From positions 798-64,797 of the forward strand of contig DASUHH010000032.1 in the NCBI GenBank assembly GCA_036273615.1: a stretch of 64,000 bases of DNA, in the 5' to 3' direction. The position numbers were made by a program, and so were the translations under genes. The DNA is from Allosphingosinicella sp. (GTDB taxonomy: Bacteria; Pseudomonadota; Alphaproteobacteria; Sphingomonadales; Sphingomonadaceae). The notes beneath the pieces are model-generated. The model worked only from the letters and a program-made list of their open reading frames with translations, had not been told where the DNA came from and made no database searches. Below are positions 1 through 9,129 of this stretch, in pieces. Numbering within the stretch: the stretch's first letter is position 1; each line of letters begins with the position of its first letter.

Positions 1-199
1 CGGAAAGATCGGCGAGATCCGCGCCCGCGCAGAAGGCGGTGCCGGCGCCGCGCACGACCAATAGCGTCGCGCCCGAGCCCTCCGCCTCGTCCAGGCTCCG
101 CTCCAGCGCCGCCCAGCCCGCCGCCGGTATGGCGTTGCGCGCCTCGGGCCGGTTGAGCGTCAGCCGGGCGATGTCATGGTCGTGCGCGAGGTCGAACAT
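1..199 (-). CDS. enoyl-CoA hydratase/isomerase family protein (5' part; runs off the window edge)
   Basis: Manual translation MFDLAHDHDIARLTLNRPEARNAI...VVRGAGTAFCAGADL carries the crotonase motifs LNRPxxxNA and FCAGADL. Not in the ORF track because it is truncated. Confidence 0.9.
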   Translation of the reverse strand, partial: MFDLAHDHDIARLTLNRPEARNAIPAAGWAALERSLDEAEGSGATLLVVRGAGTAFCAGADLADLS

Positions 200-335
200 C
201 GCGGGCTGATTGCCCCCGCCGGCCGCCTTTGTCTCGCAAAAAGCGAGATACCTACGCCGAGGAGGTCTGGGCCGATGGAATCGGCTGGACCCGATCCTGC
301 CCCGGCGGCCACTCTTCTTTCTGATCGCATGCAAG

Positions 336-372
336 GAAAAAGAAACCGGCCGCCCTTACATCGGGCGGCCGG
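336..372 (-). terminator. intrinsic terminator
   Basis: Perfect 10-bp stem CCGGCCGCCC(346-355)/GGGCGGCCGG(363-372), followed on the minus strand by TTTCTTTTTCC. Confidence 0.8.
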
Positions 373-480
373 CTTCAGAGGGAGCCACGGCGCCTGCCAC
401 GCTCTCGCCGGCAGGGACCATGTGGCGAATGTCCGCACGAACCCCCTCGGCCCGTGCTTCGACCCGTCGCAAATGACAGA

Positions 481-495
481 GCAAGCATCGTGCCA
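481..495 (-). promoter_or_regulatory. sigma54 (RpoN) -24/-12 promoter
   Basis: Minus strand reads TGGCAC-GATGC-TTGC, an exact match to TGGCAC-N5-TTGC, in an intergenic region. Confidence 0.7.
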
Positions 496-585
496 CGACG
501 CAAAGGCGCGGCCTGCGATGGTTAAGAGACCGGCAAAGGCGTTTCGCGATGGGACGCGCGGGTCAGCGGGGACGGAATCAGAGCC

Positions 586-771
586 TCAAGCGGGCAACCC
601 GGCCGCTGCGAGCCTGAACAAGGCCCAGAGCAGGAAGGCCGAGACGGCGACGAAGAAGCAAGCCGCCGCCATCATGATCCTGCCGAGCACCGGCCGCTTG
701 GCGCCGAACGCCTCCCGGCTCGTCCAGGCGGAGAGCAGACCGGTCGCGAAGAGAAGGGCGGTCAGAATCAT
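586..771 (-). CDS. small two-helix membrane protein (61 aa)
   Basis: MILTALLFATGLLSAW...IMMAAACFFVAVSAFLLWALF has two hydrophobic segments and follows ispE on the same strand. Confidence 0.5.
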   Translation of the reverse strand: MILTALLFATGLLSAWTSREAFGAKRPVLGRIMMAAACFFVAVSAFLLWALFRLAAAGLPA

Positions 772-842
772 CGGAAAATCGGACGCTCGCCCCTGCCGCC
801 GCTCTGTGTCTCCAGTTTGACTGCCTCCGGCGCGTTTCGGTT

Positions 843-1667
843 TCATTCCGGGCGCAGGCGCGTCGCGAGCCGCCACCAGCCGGGATGAAGGCGGCCGATC
901 GCCGCCGCGGCCGCGTCGCGCGCCGCCTCGCCGTCGAACAGGGCGAAGCAGGTGGCGCCGGAGCCGGACATGCGGGCAAGGCGCACGCCGCCGAAGCCGC
1001 GCAGCGTCGCCAGCAGCTCGGCGACGATCGGGGCGACGGCGATGGCCGCCGGCTCGAGGTCGTTGCGGCCCTCCGCCGGATCGTCGGGCAGCGGACCGCG
1101 GTCGACTCCGTCCCAGCGGGCGAAAATCTCCGCCGTCGACAGCGCCTCGCCCGGATTGACCAGCAGGAGGGGCGTCCCGGCGAGGCCTTGCTTCCGCCAC
1201 GGTGTCAGCGCATCGCCCCGCCCCTCCCCAAGCGTCGGGCGCGAGAGGAGGCAGGCGGGGACGTCCGCGCCCAGGCCGGCGGCGATGGCGGGAAGGTCGG
1301 CCTCCCGCGCCTCCAGTCCCCAGAAACGAGCGAGCAGGCGCAGGGCCGCCGCCGCATCGGCCGAGCCGCCGCCGATGCCCGAAGCGATCGGAAGGCGCTT
1401 GTCGAGAATGAGATGCGCGCCCGTCTTCACCTTATAGTGGCCGGCGAGCGCCCGCGCCGCGCGCAGGACGAGATTGTCCCCCTCCCCCGCAAGCGCCGCC
1501 GCGAACGGCCCTTCGACGGCGAGGCTCAGACGCTCCCCCGCCGCGACGCGCAGCCGGTCCCCCTCCTCGCAAAAGGCGAAGATCGTCTCGATCCGATGAT
1601 AGCCGTCCGGCCGCCGCTCCCGCACGTGCAGCGCGAGATTGATCTTGGCATAGGCCGTCTCGTCCAT
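843..1667 (-). CDS. ispE: 4-diphosphocytidyl-2-C-methyl-D-erythritol kinase
   Basis: AKINLALHV...DGYH, GHMP motif PIASGIGGGSADAAA, LGADVP and RMSGSGATCF. Confidence 0.97.
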   Translation of the reverse strand: MDETAYAKINLALHVRERRPDGYHRIETIFAFCEEGDRLRVAAGERLSLAVEGPFAAALAGEGDNLVLRAARALAGHYKVKTGAHLILDKRLPIASGIGGGSADAAAALRLLARFWGLEAREADLPAIAAGLGADVPACLLSRPTLGEGRGDALTPWRKQGLAGTPLLLVNPGEALSTAEIFARWDGVDRGPLPDDPAEGRNDLEPAAIAVAPIVAELLATLRGFGGVRLARMSGSGATCFALFDGEAARDAAAAAIGRLHPGWWRLATRLRPE

Positions 1668-1668
1668 G

Positions 1669-3318
1669 TCAGGGCGCGGTGAGGTCCGGCTTCAGCCCCT
1701 GGTCGATCTTTGCCCTGAGCCGCGCCTCGGCCTTGCCCTCGGCATAAGGCAAAGCCGCCCGCCAGGCGTAGCGCGCCTCGAAATGGCGGCCGGCCGCATA
1801 ATAAGCGTCGCCGAGATGCTCGTTGATCGAGGCGTCGGCCGGCTGGCCCTGCGCCGCTTTCTCGAGCAATTCGATCGCATGGGGCAGGTCGCCCTTGACG
1901 TAGAGCGCCCAGCCCAGGGAATCGGTGATAGCGGCATCGTCGGGCTGGAGATTGCTCGCCTCGCGGATCAGCCTTTCGGCCTGGTCGACATTCTGCCGCC
2001 GCTCGAGCTCCGAATAACCGAGATAGTTGAGCACCACCGCCTCGTGCGGGGCGAGCCGGTACGCCTCCTCCAGCGCCGCCTTCGCCCCGGGCCATTTGCC
2101 GGCCTGGGTGAGGACGTTGCCCTGCAGCAGGAGCAGGGTCCAGCGCGGATGGCCGGTGCCGATGCCGTCGCCGTTCAGCGCCAGCGCGCGGCCGTAAGCG
2201 TCGCCGGCCCCGGCATAATCCTCGCTCTGGGTCAAGGCGTCGCCGAGACGGAGCCAGGCTTCGAGCGACTTCGGGTCCTTCGCCGTCTCGGCGCGGGCGA
2301 GCGCAACCGCCTCGCTCTTCCGCCCGGCGTCGGCGAGGATGACGAGCCGCCGGTCGGCCGCATTGTCGCCGAGCGGATCGTCGGCGCCGACATGGCCGAG
2401 CGCGGCCAGGGCCGCGTCGGGCTGGCCGCGCGCGCCGAGCAGTTCGGCGGTGAGCAGCCAGGCCTCGCTGTTTTGCGGATCGAGGAAGGTCGCGATCCGG
2501 CCGAAGCTCAAGGCCACCTGGGGAACCTGCTGCGCGTTGAGGTCGACCGCGATCCGGGTCAGGAAATCGGCGGCGCCGGCCGCCGGCGTTTCGATCGCGC
2601 CAGGGAGCCGCTTGTTCGCGGCCAGAATCTGGCGGGCGCGGGCAAGGATGACGTTGCTCCCCTGCAGCATCGCCTCGGCGCCGGCGCGGTCGCCCCTGGC
2701 GGCGAGCAGAGCGGCTGCGGCGACGCGCAGCCGCGCCGAATGCACGCCGCCATCGCCGATCAGCGGCTGGAGCGCGGCGATCCCTTCCTGCGCGCGGCCG
2801 AGGGCGAGGAGGATGAGCCCCTTCTGCTCGGGCGCGTAAAGGCCGCCGGGAGCGCTCGCCTTGGCGGAATCGAGCAAGGCGATCGGATCGCCCCTGCCCG
2901 ATCCGACCGCGACCCAGGCGCGAAGGATCGGCGCCGCGAAGGCGAAGACGTCATCGCCGTCGAGCCGGGCGATGGCGGCGTCGGCCGCGGCCCAGTCCCT
3001 GCGCTTCAGCGCATCGCCGGCGAGCAGGATCTTCGCCTCGGGCGGAAGCGACGCGGCCGGAAGCTCGCGGGCGGCACGCAGGGCCAGTGCCTCGTCGCCG
3101 GCGGCGACGGCCTGGGCGAGCGCGCGGCCGGCGAGAATGTCGTTGCCCGGCGACAAGGTGAGCGCGGCCGCGTAGCGGCTGGTCGCCTCGTCCGGCGCGC
3201 CGGCGACATCGGCGGCGCGGGCGCGGACATAAGCGAGAAGCGCGTCGTCGTCGGTCGCGGCGGCGAAAGCGGGCGCCGAAAGTCCGGCCAGCAAGGCGGC
3301 GGCGATCAGCCTGCACAT
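1669..3318 (-). CDS. secreted/periplasmic tetratricopeptide repeat protein
   Basis: Signal-peptide-like start (MCRLIAAALLAG) and C-terminal TPRs (VLNYLGYS, AITDSLGWALY, EHLGDAY). Position between ETF-QO and ispE is the usual alphaproteobacterial order. Confidence 0.88.
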   Translation of the reverse strand: MCRLIAAALLAGLSAPAFAAATDDDALLAYVRARAADVAGAPDEATSRYAAALTLSPGNDILAGRALAQAVAAGDEALALRAARELPAASLPPEAKILLAGDALKRRDWAAADAAIARLDGDDVFAFAAPILRAWVAVGSGRGDPIALLDSAKASAPGGLYAPEQKGLILLALGRAQEGIAALQPLIGDGGVHSARLRVAAAALLAARGDRAGAEAMLQGSNVILARARQILAANKRLPGAIETPAAGAADFLTRIAVDLNAQQVPQVALSFGRIATFLDPQNSEAWLLTAELLGARGQPDAALAALGHVGADDPLGDNAADRRLVILADAGRKSEAVALARAETAKDPKSLEAWLRLGDALTQSEDYAGAGDAYGRALALNGDGIGTGHPRWTLLLLQGNVLTQAGKWPGAKAALEEAYRLAPHEAVVLNYLGYSELERRQNVDQAERLIREASNLQPDDAAITDSLGWALYVKGDLPHAIELLEKAAQGQPADASINEHLGDAYYAAGRHFEARYAWRAALPYAEGKAEARLRAKIDQGLKPDLTAP

Positions 3319-3325
3319 CGGCGGT

Positions 3326-4972
3326 CTACATGTTCGGGTAATTGGGGCCTCCTCCGCCTTCGGGGACGACCCAGTTGATATTCTGGGTCGGGTCCTTGAT
3401 GTCGCAGGTCTTGCAGTGGACGCAATTCTGCGCGTTGATCTGGAGCCGGGTGCGGCCGGCCTCCTCGACATATTCATAGACTCCCGCGGGACAATAGCGT
3501 TGCTCCGGTCCCGCATAGAGCGGCAGATTGACCTCGGTCGGTATCGCCGCATCCTTGAGCGTCAGGTGAACCGGCTGGTCCTCCTCATGATTGGTGTTCG
3601 AGACGAACACCGAGGAGAGGCGGTCGAAGCTGATCGTGCCGTCGGGCTTGGGATAAGCGATCGGCTTCGCCAGATCCTTGCGGGTGAGTCCCTCGTTGTC
3701 GGGATGATGCTTCATCGTGAAGGGCAGCCCGATGCCGAGCGTGCGCATCCACATGTCGATCCCGGCGAGCAGGGTGCCGGCGGTGCCGCCGAAACGGGCG
3801 ACGAGCGGCTCGACGTTGCGCACCTTCTTCAATTCGGCGGCGATCCAGCTCGAGCGGACCGACGGCTCATAACCTTCCAGCACATCGCCGCTCCGGTCGG
3901 CCGAGATCGCCTCGAAGGCGGCCTCGGCGGCGAGCATTGCGGACTTCATCGCCGTATGGCTGCCCTTGATCCTGGGCACGTTGACGAAGCCGGCCGCGCA
4001 GCCGATCAAGGCGCCGCCGGGAAAAGCGAGCTTCGGCACCGACTGCCAGCCGCCCTCGTTGATCGCCCGCGCGCCGTAGGAGATTCGGCGGCCGCCCTCC
4101 AGCACCGCCCGGATCGCCGGATGCTGCTTCCAGCGCTGGAATTCCTCGAACGGCGAGAGCCAGGGGTTGCGGTAATCGAGCGCGACGACGAAGCCCAGGG
4201 CCACCTGGTGGTTCGCCTGGTGGTAGAGGAAGCCGCCGCCCCAGGCATCGTCCAATGGCCAGCCCTGGGTGTGGATGACCCGGCCGGGGACGTGCTTCGC
4301 CGGATCGACGTCCCACAATTCCTTGAGGCCGATGCCGTAGACCTGGGGCTGGGCATGCTTGTCGAGCGCGAAGATGCGCTTCAGCTCCTTGGTGAGGCTG
4401 CCGCGCGCGCCCTCGGCGAAGAAGGTGTAGCGGCCGTGCAGCTCCATTCCCGGCTGATATTCGGGCTTGTGGCTGCCGTCGCGCGCGACCCCGAAATCGC
4501 CGGTGGCGACGCCTTTCACCGATCCGTCCTCATTGTAGAGGATCTCCGCCGCCGCGAAGCCGGGGAAGATCTCGACCCCCAGGGCCTCGGCCTGGCCGGC
4601 GAGCCAGCGGCAGAGAGTGCCGAGGCTCAAAGTGTAGGTGCCCTTGTTGCTCATGAGGGGCGGCATCAGGACATGGGGAAATTCCCATTTCTTGCCCTCG
4701 CTCAGCACCCAATGATGATTCTCGGTGACCGGGACGGTGAGCGGGCTGTCCAGCTCGCGCCAATTGGGCAGCAATTCCTCGATCGCGCGCGGATCGACGA
4801 CCGCGCCGGAGAGGATATGGGCGCCGACCTCCGATCCCTTTTCGAGGATGCAGACGCCGAGCTCGCGCCCGGCCTCGGTGGCGAGCTGCTTCAGGCGGAT
4901 GCCTGCGGCGAGCCCGGCCGGGCCGGCGCCGACGATCACGACGTCGTAGGGCATCGACTCGCGTTCGGCCAT
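3326..4972 (-). CDS. electron transfer flavoprotein-ubiquinone oxidoreductase
   Basis: DVVIVGAGPAGL FAD motif, GAHILSGA, and C-terminal 4Fe-4S motifs RYCPAGVYE and NCVHCKTCDIKDP. Confidence 0.97.
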   Translation of the reverse strand: MAERESMPYDVVIVGAGPAGLAAGIRLKQLATEAGRELGVCILEKGSEVGAHILSGAVVDPRAIEELLPNWRELDSPLTVPVTENHHWVLSEGKKWEFPHVLMPPLMSNKGTYTLSLGTLCRWLAGQAEALGVEIFPGFAAAEILYNEDGSVKGVATGDFGVARDGSHKPEYQPGMELHGRYTFFAEGARGSLTKELKRIFALDKHAQPQVYGIGLKELWDVDPAKHVPGRVIHTQGWPLDDAWGGGFLYHQANHQVALGFVVALDYRNPWLSPFEEFQRWKQHPAIRAVLEGGRRISYGARAINEGGWQSVPKLAFPGGALIGCAAGFVNVPRIKGSHTAMKSAMLAAEAAFEAISADRSGDVLEGYEPSVRSSWIAAELKKVRNVEPLVARFGGTAGTLLAGIDMWMRTLGIGLPFTMKHHPDNEGLTRKDLAKPIAYPKPDGTISFDRLSSVFVSNTNHEEDQPVHLTLKDAAIPTEVNLPLYAGPEQRYCPAGVYEYVEEAGRTRLQINAQNCVHCKTCDIKDPTQNINWVVPEGGGGPNYPNM

Positions 4973-5102
4973 AAGCGCGCTCCGTCCGGGCGGCGTGCGG
5001 ACTCCTCTCGCCGCACCCAGCCAACGGTTGGCGGATAAGCACCTATTTTGCGGTTGACCAGCCCCGCCGGCCCTGACTCTCTGGCGCCGGACGTGGAGCG
5101 GG

Positions 5103-5861
5103 ATGGAACGGGGAAGCGAGCCTTTTGACCGAGCGGCCGCGGCGAGCGCGCTGACATGGTGGGCCGATGCGGGCGTCGATATATTGATCGACGAGGCGCC
5201 GCGCGACTGGCTGCGCCCGAAGCCCGCGCCCGAGTCGGTCGTGCCGTCCGATCCTCGCGTCGCCCCGGCCCCCATCGTCGCGCCGCCGGCGCCCGCCGAG
5301 GATCTGCTTCCCGACCAGCTCGACCTGTTCCAGGCCTATTTGCGGGACAGCGACCGCCTGCCCTTCGTCGCGCCCTCGGCCCTGCGCGTCTGCCCGTCGG
5401 GCGACCCCGAGTCCGGCCTGATGATGCTGATCGACATGCCGACCGGCGAGGATTGCGCCGCCGGCACCCTGCTTTCGGGCGAGGTCGGGCGATTGTTCGA
5501 CCGGATGCTCGCGGCGATCGGCCGCGACCGCGACTCCGTCTATCTCGCCGCTTTGTCCTGCCTGCGTCCGCCCACCGGCAGCTTCACGAGCGAGACGGCG
5601 AAGCAATGCGCGCTGCTCGCGCGCCACCAGATCGGGCTGGTCGGGCCCAAAGCGGTCCTGCTGTTCGGCGACGCCGCCGCCAAGGCCCTGCTCGGCCTCT
5701 CGGTCGCCCAGGCGCGGGGCCGCTGGCACGAAATCGCAACGCATCGCGGCATGGTTAAAGCTTTGGCAACCATTTCGCCCAAACAATTGCTCGACGCGCC
5801 GCGCCTCAAGAGACTCGCCTGGGAAGATCTGCAGATGCTGACCGCAGAGGTCGAACAATGA
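5103..5861 (+). CDS. uracil-DNA glycosylase family 4-like protein (degenerate motifs)
   Basis: WWxxAGVD N-terminus, LLSGEVGRLFDRMLAAIG, PKAVLLFG and K..AWEDL. Usual position divergent from ETF-QO and upstream of the SLT gene. Confidence 0.8.
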   Translation: MERGSEPFDRAAAASALTWWADAGVDILIDEAPRDWLRPKPAPESVVPSDPRVAPAPIVAPPAPAEDLLPDQLDLFQAYLRDSDRLPFVAPSALRVCPSGDPESGLMMLIDMPTGEDCAAGTLLSGEVGRLFDRMLAAIGRDRDSVYLAALSCLRPPTGSFTSETAKQCALLARHQIGLVGPKAVLLFGDAAAKALLGLSVAQARGRWHEIATHRGMVKALATISPKQLLDAPRLKRLAWEDLQMLTAEVEQ

Positions 5862-7618
5862 TCCGAATTCGCTTTTGGCTGCTCGCCGCCGCCCTCGCCG
5901 CGCCCGCTTTCGCCGCAGCGCCTGCCGCAGCGCAGGATGCGGCGGCGCGGACGAGCGCCGTTCCGGCAATCCTCACCGCCGACCAGCGCACCCGATATCG
6001 CGACATCTTCGCCGCGATCCGCGCCGGCGACTGGGCCGGCGCCGCGGCCAAGCTCGACGCCATGCCCGAGGGCCCGCTCCATCCGGCCGCGCGGGAGGAG
6101 CTCTACCTCGCCAAGGGCTCGCCCAAGGTGGCGCTCGATCCGCTCCTCGCACTGCTCGCCAGGGCGCCCGACCTGCCCAAGGCCGACCAGCTCGCCCGCC
6201 TCGCCATCAATCGCGGCGCCGCGAGCCTGCCGCCTCTGCCGCAGGCGCATGCCCTCGTCTTCGCCGGCGGCCAGCCGCGCCGCGGCCGTCCCCAGCCGGT
6301 GCCGCGCGATGCGGCGAGCGGCGACGTCGACCGCCAGATCACGCCTTTGATCAACGACAACAAGCCGGCCGATGCCGAGGCGATCTTCATGGCCCGGATC
6401 AACGAGCTGACGCCCGACGTCCAGACCGAGTTCCAGCAGCGCATCGCCTGGTCCTATTATATCGTCGGCGACGATTCATCGGCCTGGCGGCTCGCCCAGG
6501 TCGCCCGCAACGGCAATGGCGACTGGGCGACCCAGGCCGCCTGGACCGCCGGCCTCGCCGCCTGGCGGACGCGCCGCTGCGACGACGCTTCCGACGCCTT
6601 CGCCACGGTCGCCGCCCGCACCACCGATTACGAGCTTGCCGCCGCCGCTAACTATTGGGGGGCGCGGGCGGACACCGAATGCGGCCGTCCCGAACGCGTC
6701 GAGACCAAGCTCAGGAGCGCCGCCCGCTTCAAGGAGACCTTTTACGGCCTGCTCGCCGCGACCGCGCTCGGCATCCATTCGTCCAATTATGAGGGGCTGC
6801 ACGATTATCGCGACGCCGAATGGCGCCCGGTCGCCGACAGGCCCGACGTCCGCGCAGCGATCGCTTTGACCGAGATCGGCGAGACCGACCTTGCCGACCT
6901 CTTCATCCGATACCAGGCGAAGATCGGCGGGACGGGCGACCATGATGCGCTGATCCACCTCGCCTGCGACCTCAACCTGCCGGCGACGCAGCTCTGGCTC
7001 GCCCACAATGCGCCGGCGGGGACCAGCATCAACGTCGCCGCCCGCTACCCTCGGCCCGACTGGCGGCCGGCGCGCGGCTGGCGGGTCGACCAGTCCCTCG
7101 TCTTCGCCCATGCGCTGCAGGAATCCGCCTTCCACACCGACATCGTCAGCAAGGCCGGCGCGGTCGGCCTGCTCCAGGTGACGCCCGGCACGGCCGGCGA
7201 CATCGCCCGCAAGCGCGGCGAGCCGTTCGAGCGCGCCGAGCTCGACAATCCCGCCTTCAACATGGAGTTCGGGCAGGAGAGGATGGAGGCTTTGCGCGAC
7301 ATGGGCGCGACCGGCGGCCTCCTCCCCAAGGTGATCGCGGCCTACGACGCCGGCCCGCTGCCGGTGCAGGAATGGAATGCCCGCGCCTTCGACAAGGGCG
7401 ATCCCCTGCTCTACATCGAGAGCATCCCTTATTGGGAGACGCGCGGCTACGTCCCGATTGTGCTGCGCAATTACTGGATGTACGAGCAGGAAGCCGGCAA
7501 GACCGACGGCAGCCGCGAGGCTTTGGTCCAGGGGCTGTGGCCGCGCTACCCGGGCCTGCCGGGCGCGCGGGCGGTGCGGATGACCGGCGGCGACGAGCTG
7601 GCGATGGGGCGGGATTGA
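5858..7618 (+). CDS. soluble lytic transglycosylase (SLT domain)
   Basis: Signal peptide, ALQES catalytic Glu, AVGLLQV, AAYDAG and IPYWETRGYV. ATGA overlap with the upstream gene. Confidence 0.93.
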   Translation: MIRIRFWLLAAALAAPAFAAAPAAAQDAAARTSAVPAILTADQRTRYRDIFAAIRAGDWAGAAAKLDAMPEGPLHPAAREELYLAKGSPKVALDPLLALLARAPDLPKADQLARLAINRGAASLPPLPQAHALVFAGGQPRRGRPQPVPRDAASGDVDRQITPLINDNKPADAEAIFMARINELTPDVQTEFQQRIAWSYYIVGDDSSAWRLAQVARNGNGDWATQAAWTAGLAAWRTRRCDDASDAFATVAARTTDYELAAAANYWGARADTECGRPERVETKLRSAARFKETFYGLLAATALGIHSSNYEGLHDYRDAEWRPVADRPDVRAAIALTEIGETDLADLFIRYQAKIGGTGDHDALIHLACDLNLPATQLWLAHNAPAGTSINVAARYPRPDWRPARGWRVDQSLVFAHALQESAFHTDIVSKAGAVGLLQVTPGTAGDIARKRGEPFERAELDNPAFNMEFGQERMEALRDMGATGGLLPKVIAAYDAGPLPVQEWNARAFDKGDPLLYIESIPYWETRGYVPIVLRNYWMYEQEAGKTDGSREALVQGLWPRYPGLPGARAVRMTGGDELAMGRD

Positions 7619-7636
7619 GGGCCCCTGGACCCCGGA

Positions 7637-8074
7637 TCAGAACGCGATATTCCGGGTGATCATCCAGTGGCCGCCGTAAAGGTGCCAGACGGTCAGGAAG
7701 CGGCCGCCGCGGCGGGTCAGCTTGCCGTCGGCGGCGCGGACGCGGAGCCAGGCCTCGCCCCATTCATAGACGTCGTTCGCGTCGGCGGCGACGCGGCCTC
7801 CACTCTTTATCCCCGCACCGACGATATGCGAGGAGGCGCGCGCGCCGGCGGCATAGAGCGCCTCGACCGCCTTGCGCCCCTTCACGACATTGCCGCCGGG
7901 TCCGATGAAGATCCCGTCCTCGGCATAAGGCGCGGCAAGACGCGCCGCATCGCCCGAACGGATCGCCACCGCCCATTCGGCATTGGCGCGATCGATGTCG
8001 GGCGAAGCGCTGGCCACCACCCTGTCTCCCGCCCCTTCCGGAGCCGCCAACGCGATCAGCAACGCAACGATCAT
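7637..8074 (-). CDS. NTF2-like/DUF4440 family secreted protein
   Basis: Signal peptide, then YAEDGIFI...GRKAV...YEWG...GRFLTVW...WMI, the SnoaL/DUF4440 pattern. Confidence 0.75.
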   Translation of the reverse strand: MIVALLIALAAPEGAGDRVVASASPDIDRANAEWAVAIRSGDAARLAAPYAEDGIFIGPGGNVVKGRKAVEALYAAGARASSHIVGAGIKSGGRVAADANDVYEWGEAWLRVRAADGKLTRRGGRFLTVWHLYGGHWMITRNIAF

Positions 8075-8114
8075 GACCTTTCCCCTTTCGCCCGAGATGC
8101 GGAGGCGGCTCGGC

Positions 8115-8966
8115 TCATGCCCTGATCTCGGCAAGGGCCATGGCGACGTTGAGAGCGACGATGGCCATGAAGGCCAGCAGCGAGAAGCAGACGAGCGCCA
8201 ACGTCCGCGCCGACGTCCCGGCGATGCTCGTGCCGTAGAAGCCGCGCATGTGCATCCACAGATGAATCGGCCAGAGCAGCAGCAGCCCTCCCGAGGCGGG
8301 CCCAACCAGCGGCAGGATCAGGGATCGCAGCACCATCGCGAGGCCGGCGAAGGACAGCGAATGCATGGCGAAGATGAAATGGTCATAGAAGGAGAATGCG
8401 CGCCGCACGAAGAGCAAGGCCAGGCCCAGGGCCAGCAGCGGAAGCATCAGGATCGACAGGCGGTGGGCCCATGTCTCGACGGCGCGCCCGAACGATTCGG
8501 GCTGCCGCATCGCGGCGACCACCTTCGGGCCCAGCCAGCCCCCGACGCGATCGTTGCGTCCGCCCCCTCTTACCGTCAGCGAATAGCCGGTGCCCGACAA
8601 GGTCCCGCCAGTCGCGGCTTCGTGCGTCACGACCCGCCCGACCGGAGCCTGACCGACGATCTCCGGGACGAGGAAGACCAGCAGGACCATCGCGAGGAAC
8701 AGGCGCAGGGGCGGAACCTGGTTCGCGACCGCGCCGGCGATCCAATCCCGGGTCAGCGCGGCGGGGCGGAGGACGAGACCGCGAAGGGTGGACCCGATTC
8801 GCCGGTCGAGATGCGTCAGCGCCTCGACGCATTCCTCCACGAGCATCCGGACCGTCGGATGCCCGCGTCTTCGCCGCTGCCCGCACGAATGGCAATAAGG
8901 GCCAAGGAGCGTGGCGCCGCAATTCCGGCAGGCCGCCGGCTGGGCAGGCGCTCCCGCATCGGTCAT
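8115..8966 (-). CDS. DUF3667 domain membrane protein
   Basis: N-terminal CxNC...YCxxCGQ zinc ribbon, a P.RLFL motif and several TM helices (HFIFAMH). Confidence 0.8.
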   Translation of the reverse strand: MTDAGAPAQPAACRNCGATLLGPYCHSCGQRRRRGHPTVRMLVEECVEALTHLDRRIGSTLRGLVLRPAALTRDWIAGAVANQVPPLRLFLAMVLLVFLVPEIVGQAPVGRVVTHEAATGGTLSGTGYSLTVRGGGRNDRVGGWLGPKVVAAMRQPESFGRAVETWAHRLSILMLPLLALGLALLFVRRAFSFYDHFIFAMHSLSFAGLAMVLRSLILPLVGPASGGLLLLWPIHLWMHMRGFYGTSIAGTSARTLALVCFSLLAFMAIVALNVAMALAEIRA

Positions 8967-9129
8967 TCCGCTCCCTCCCCGCTGGTCAGGCGTCTTCGCT
9001 CTATACGATCCGGGACGCGCCGACACCCCCGCCTTCCGGGCCCGATATCCGCGCCGGACATCGTTTTCGCGGGTGCTGGCCCGGTTTCGCGTGTAAGCTG
9101 CCGCGTCCGACGCTGCGCGGGAGGGGGAC

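Noticed and set aside
176-820. 214-aa plus-strand ORF
   Set aside because: It overlaps a terminator, a sigma54 promoter and minus-strand genes, and has no recognisable motif; a shadow ORF.
1666-5038. Long plus-strand ORFs (570 aa and 540 aa)
   Set aside because: Antisense shadows of the TPR and ETF-QO genes, typical of high-GC codon bias.
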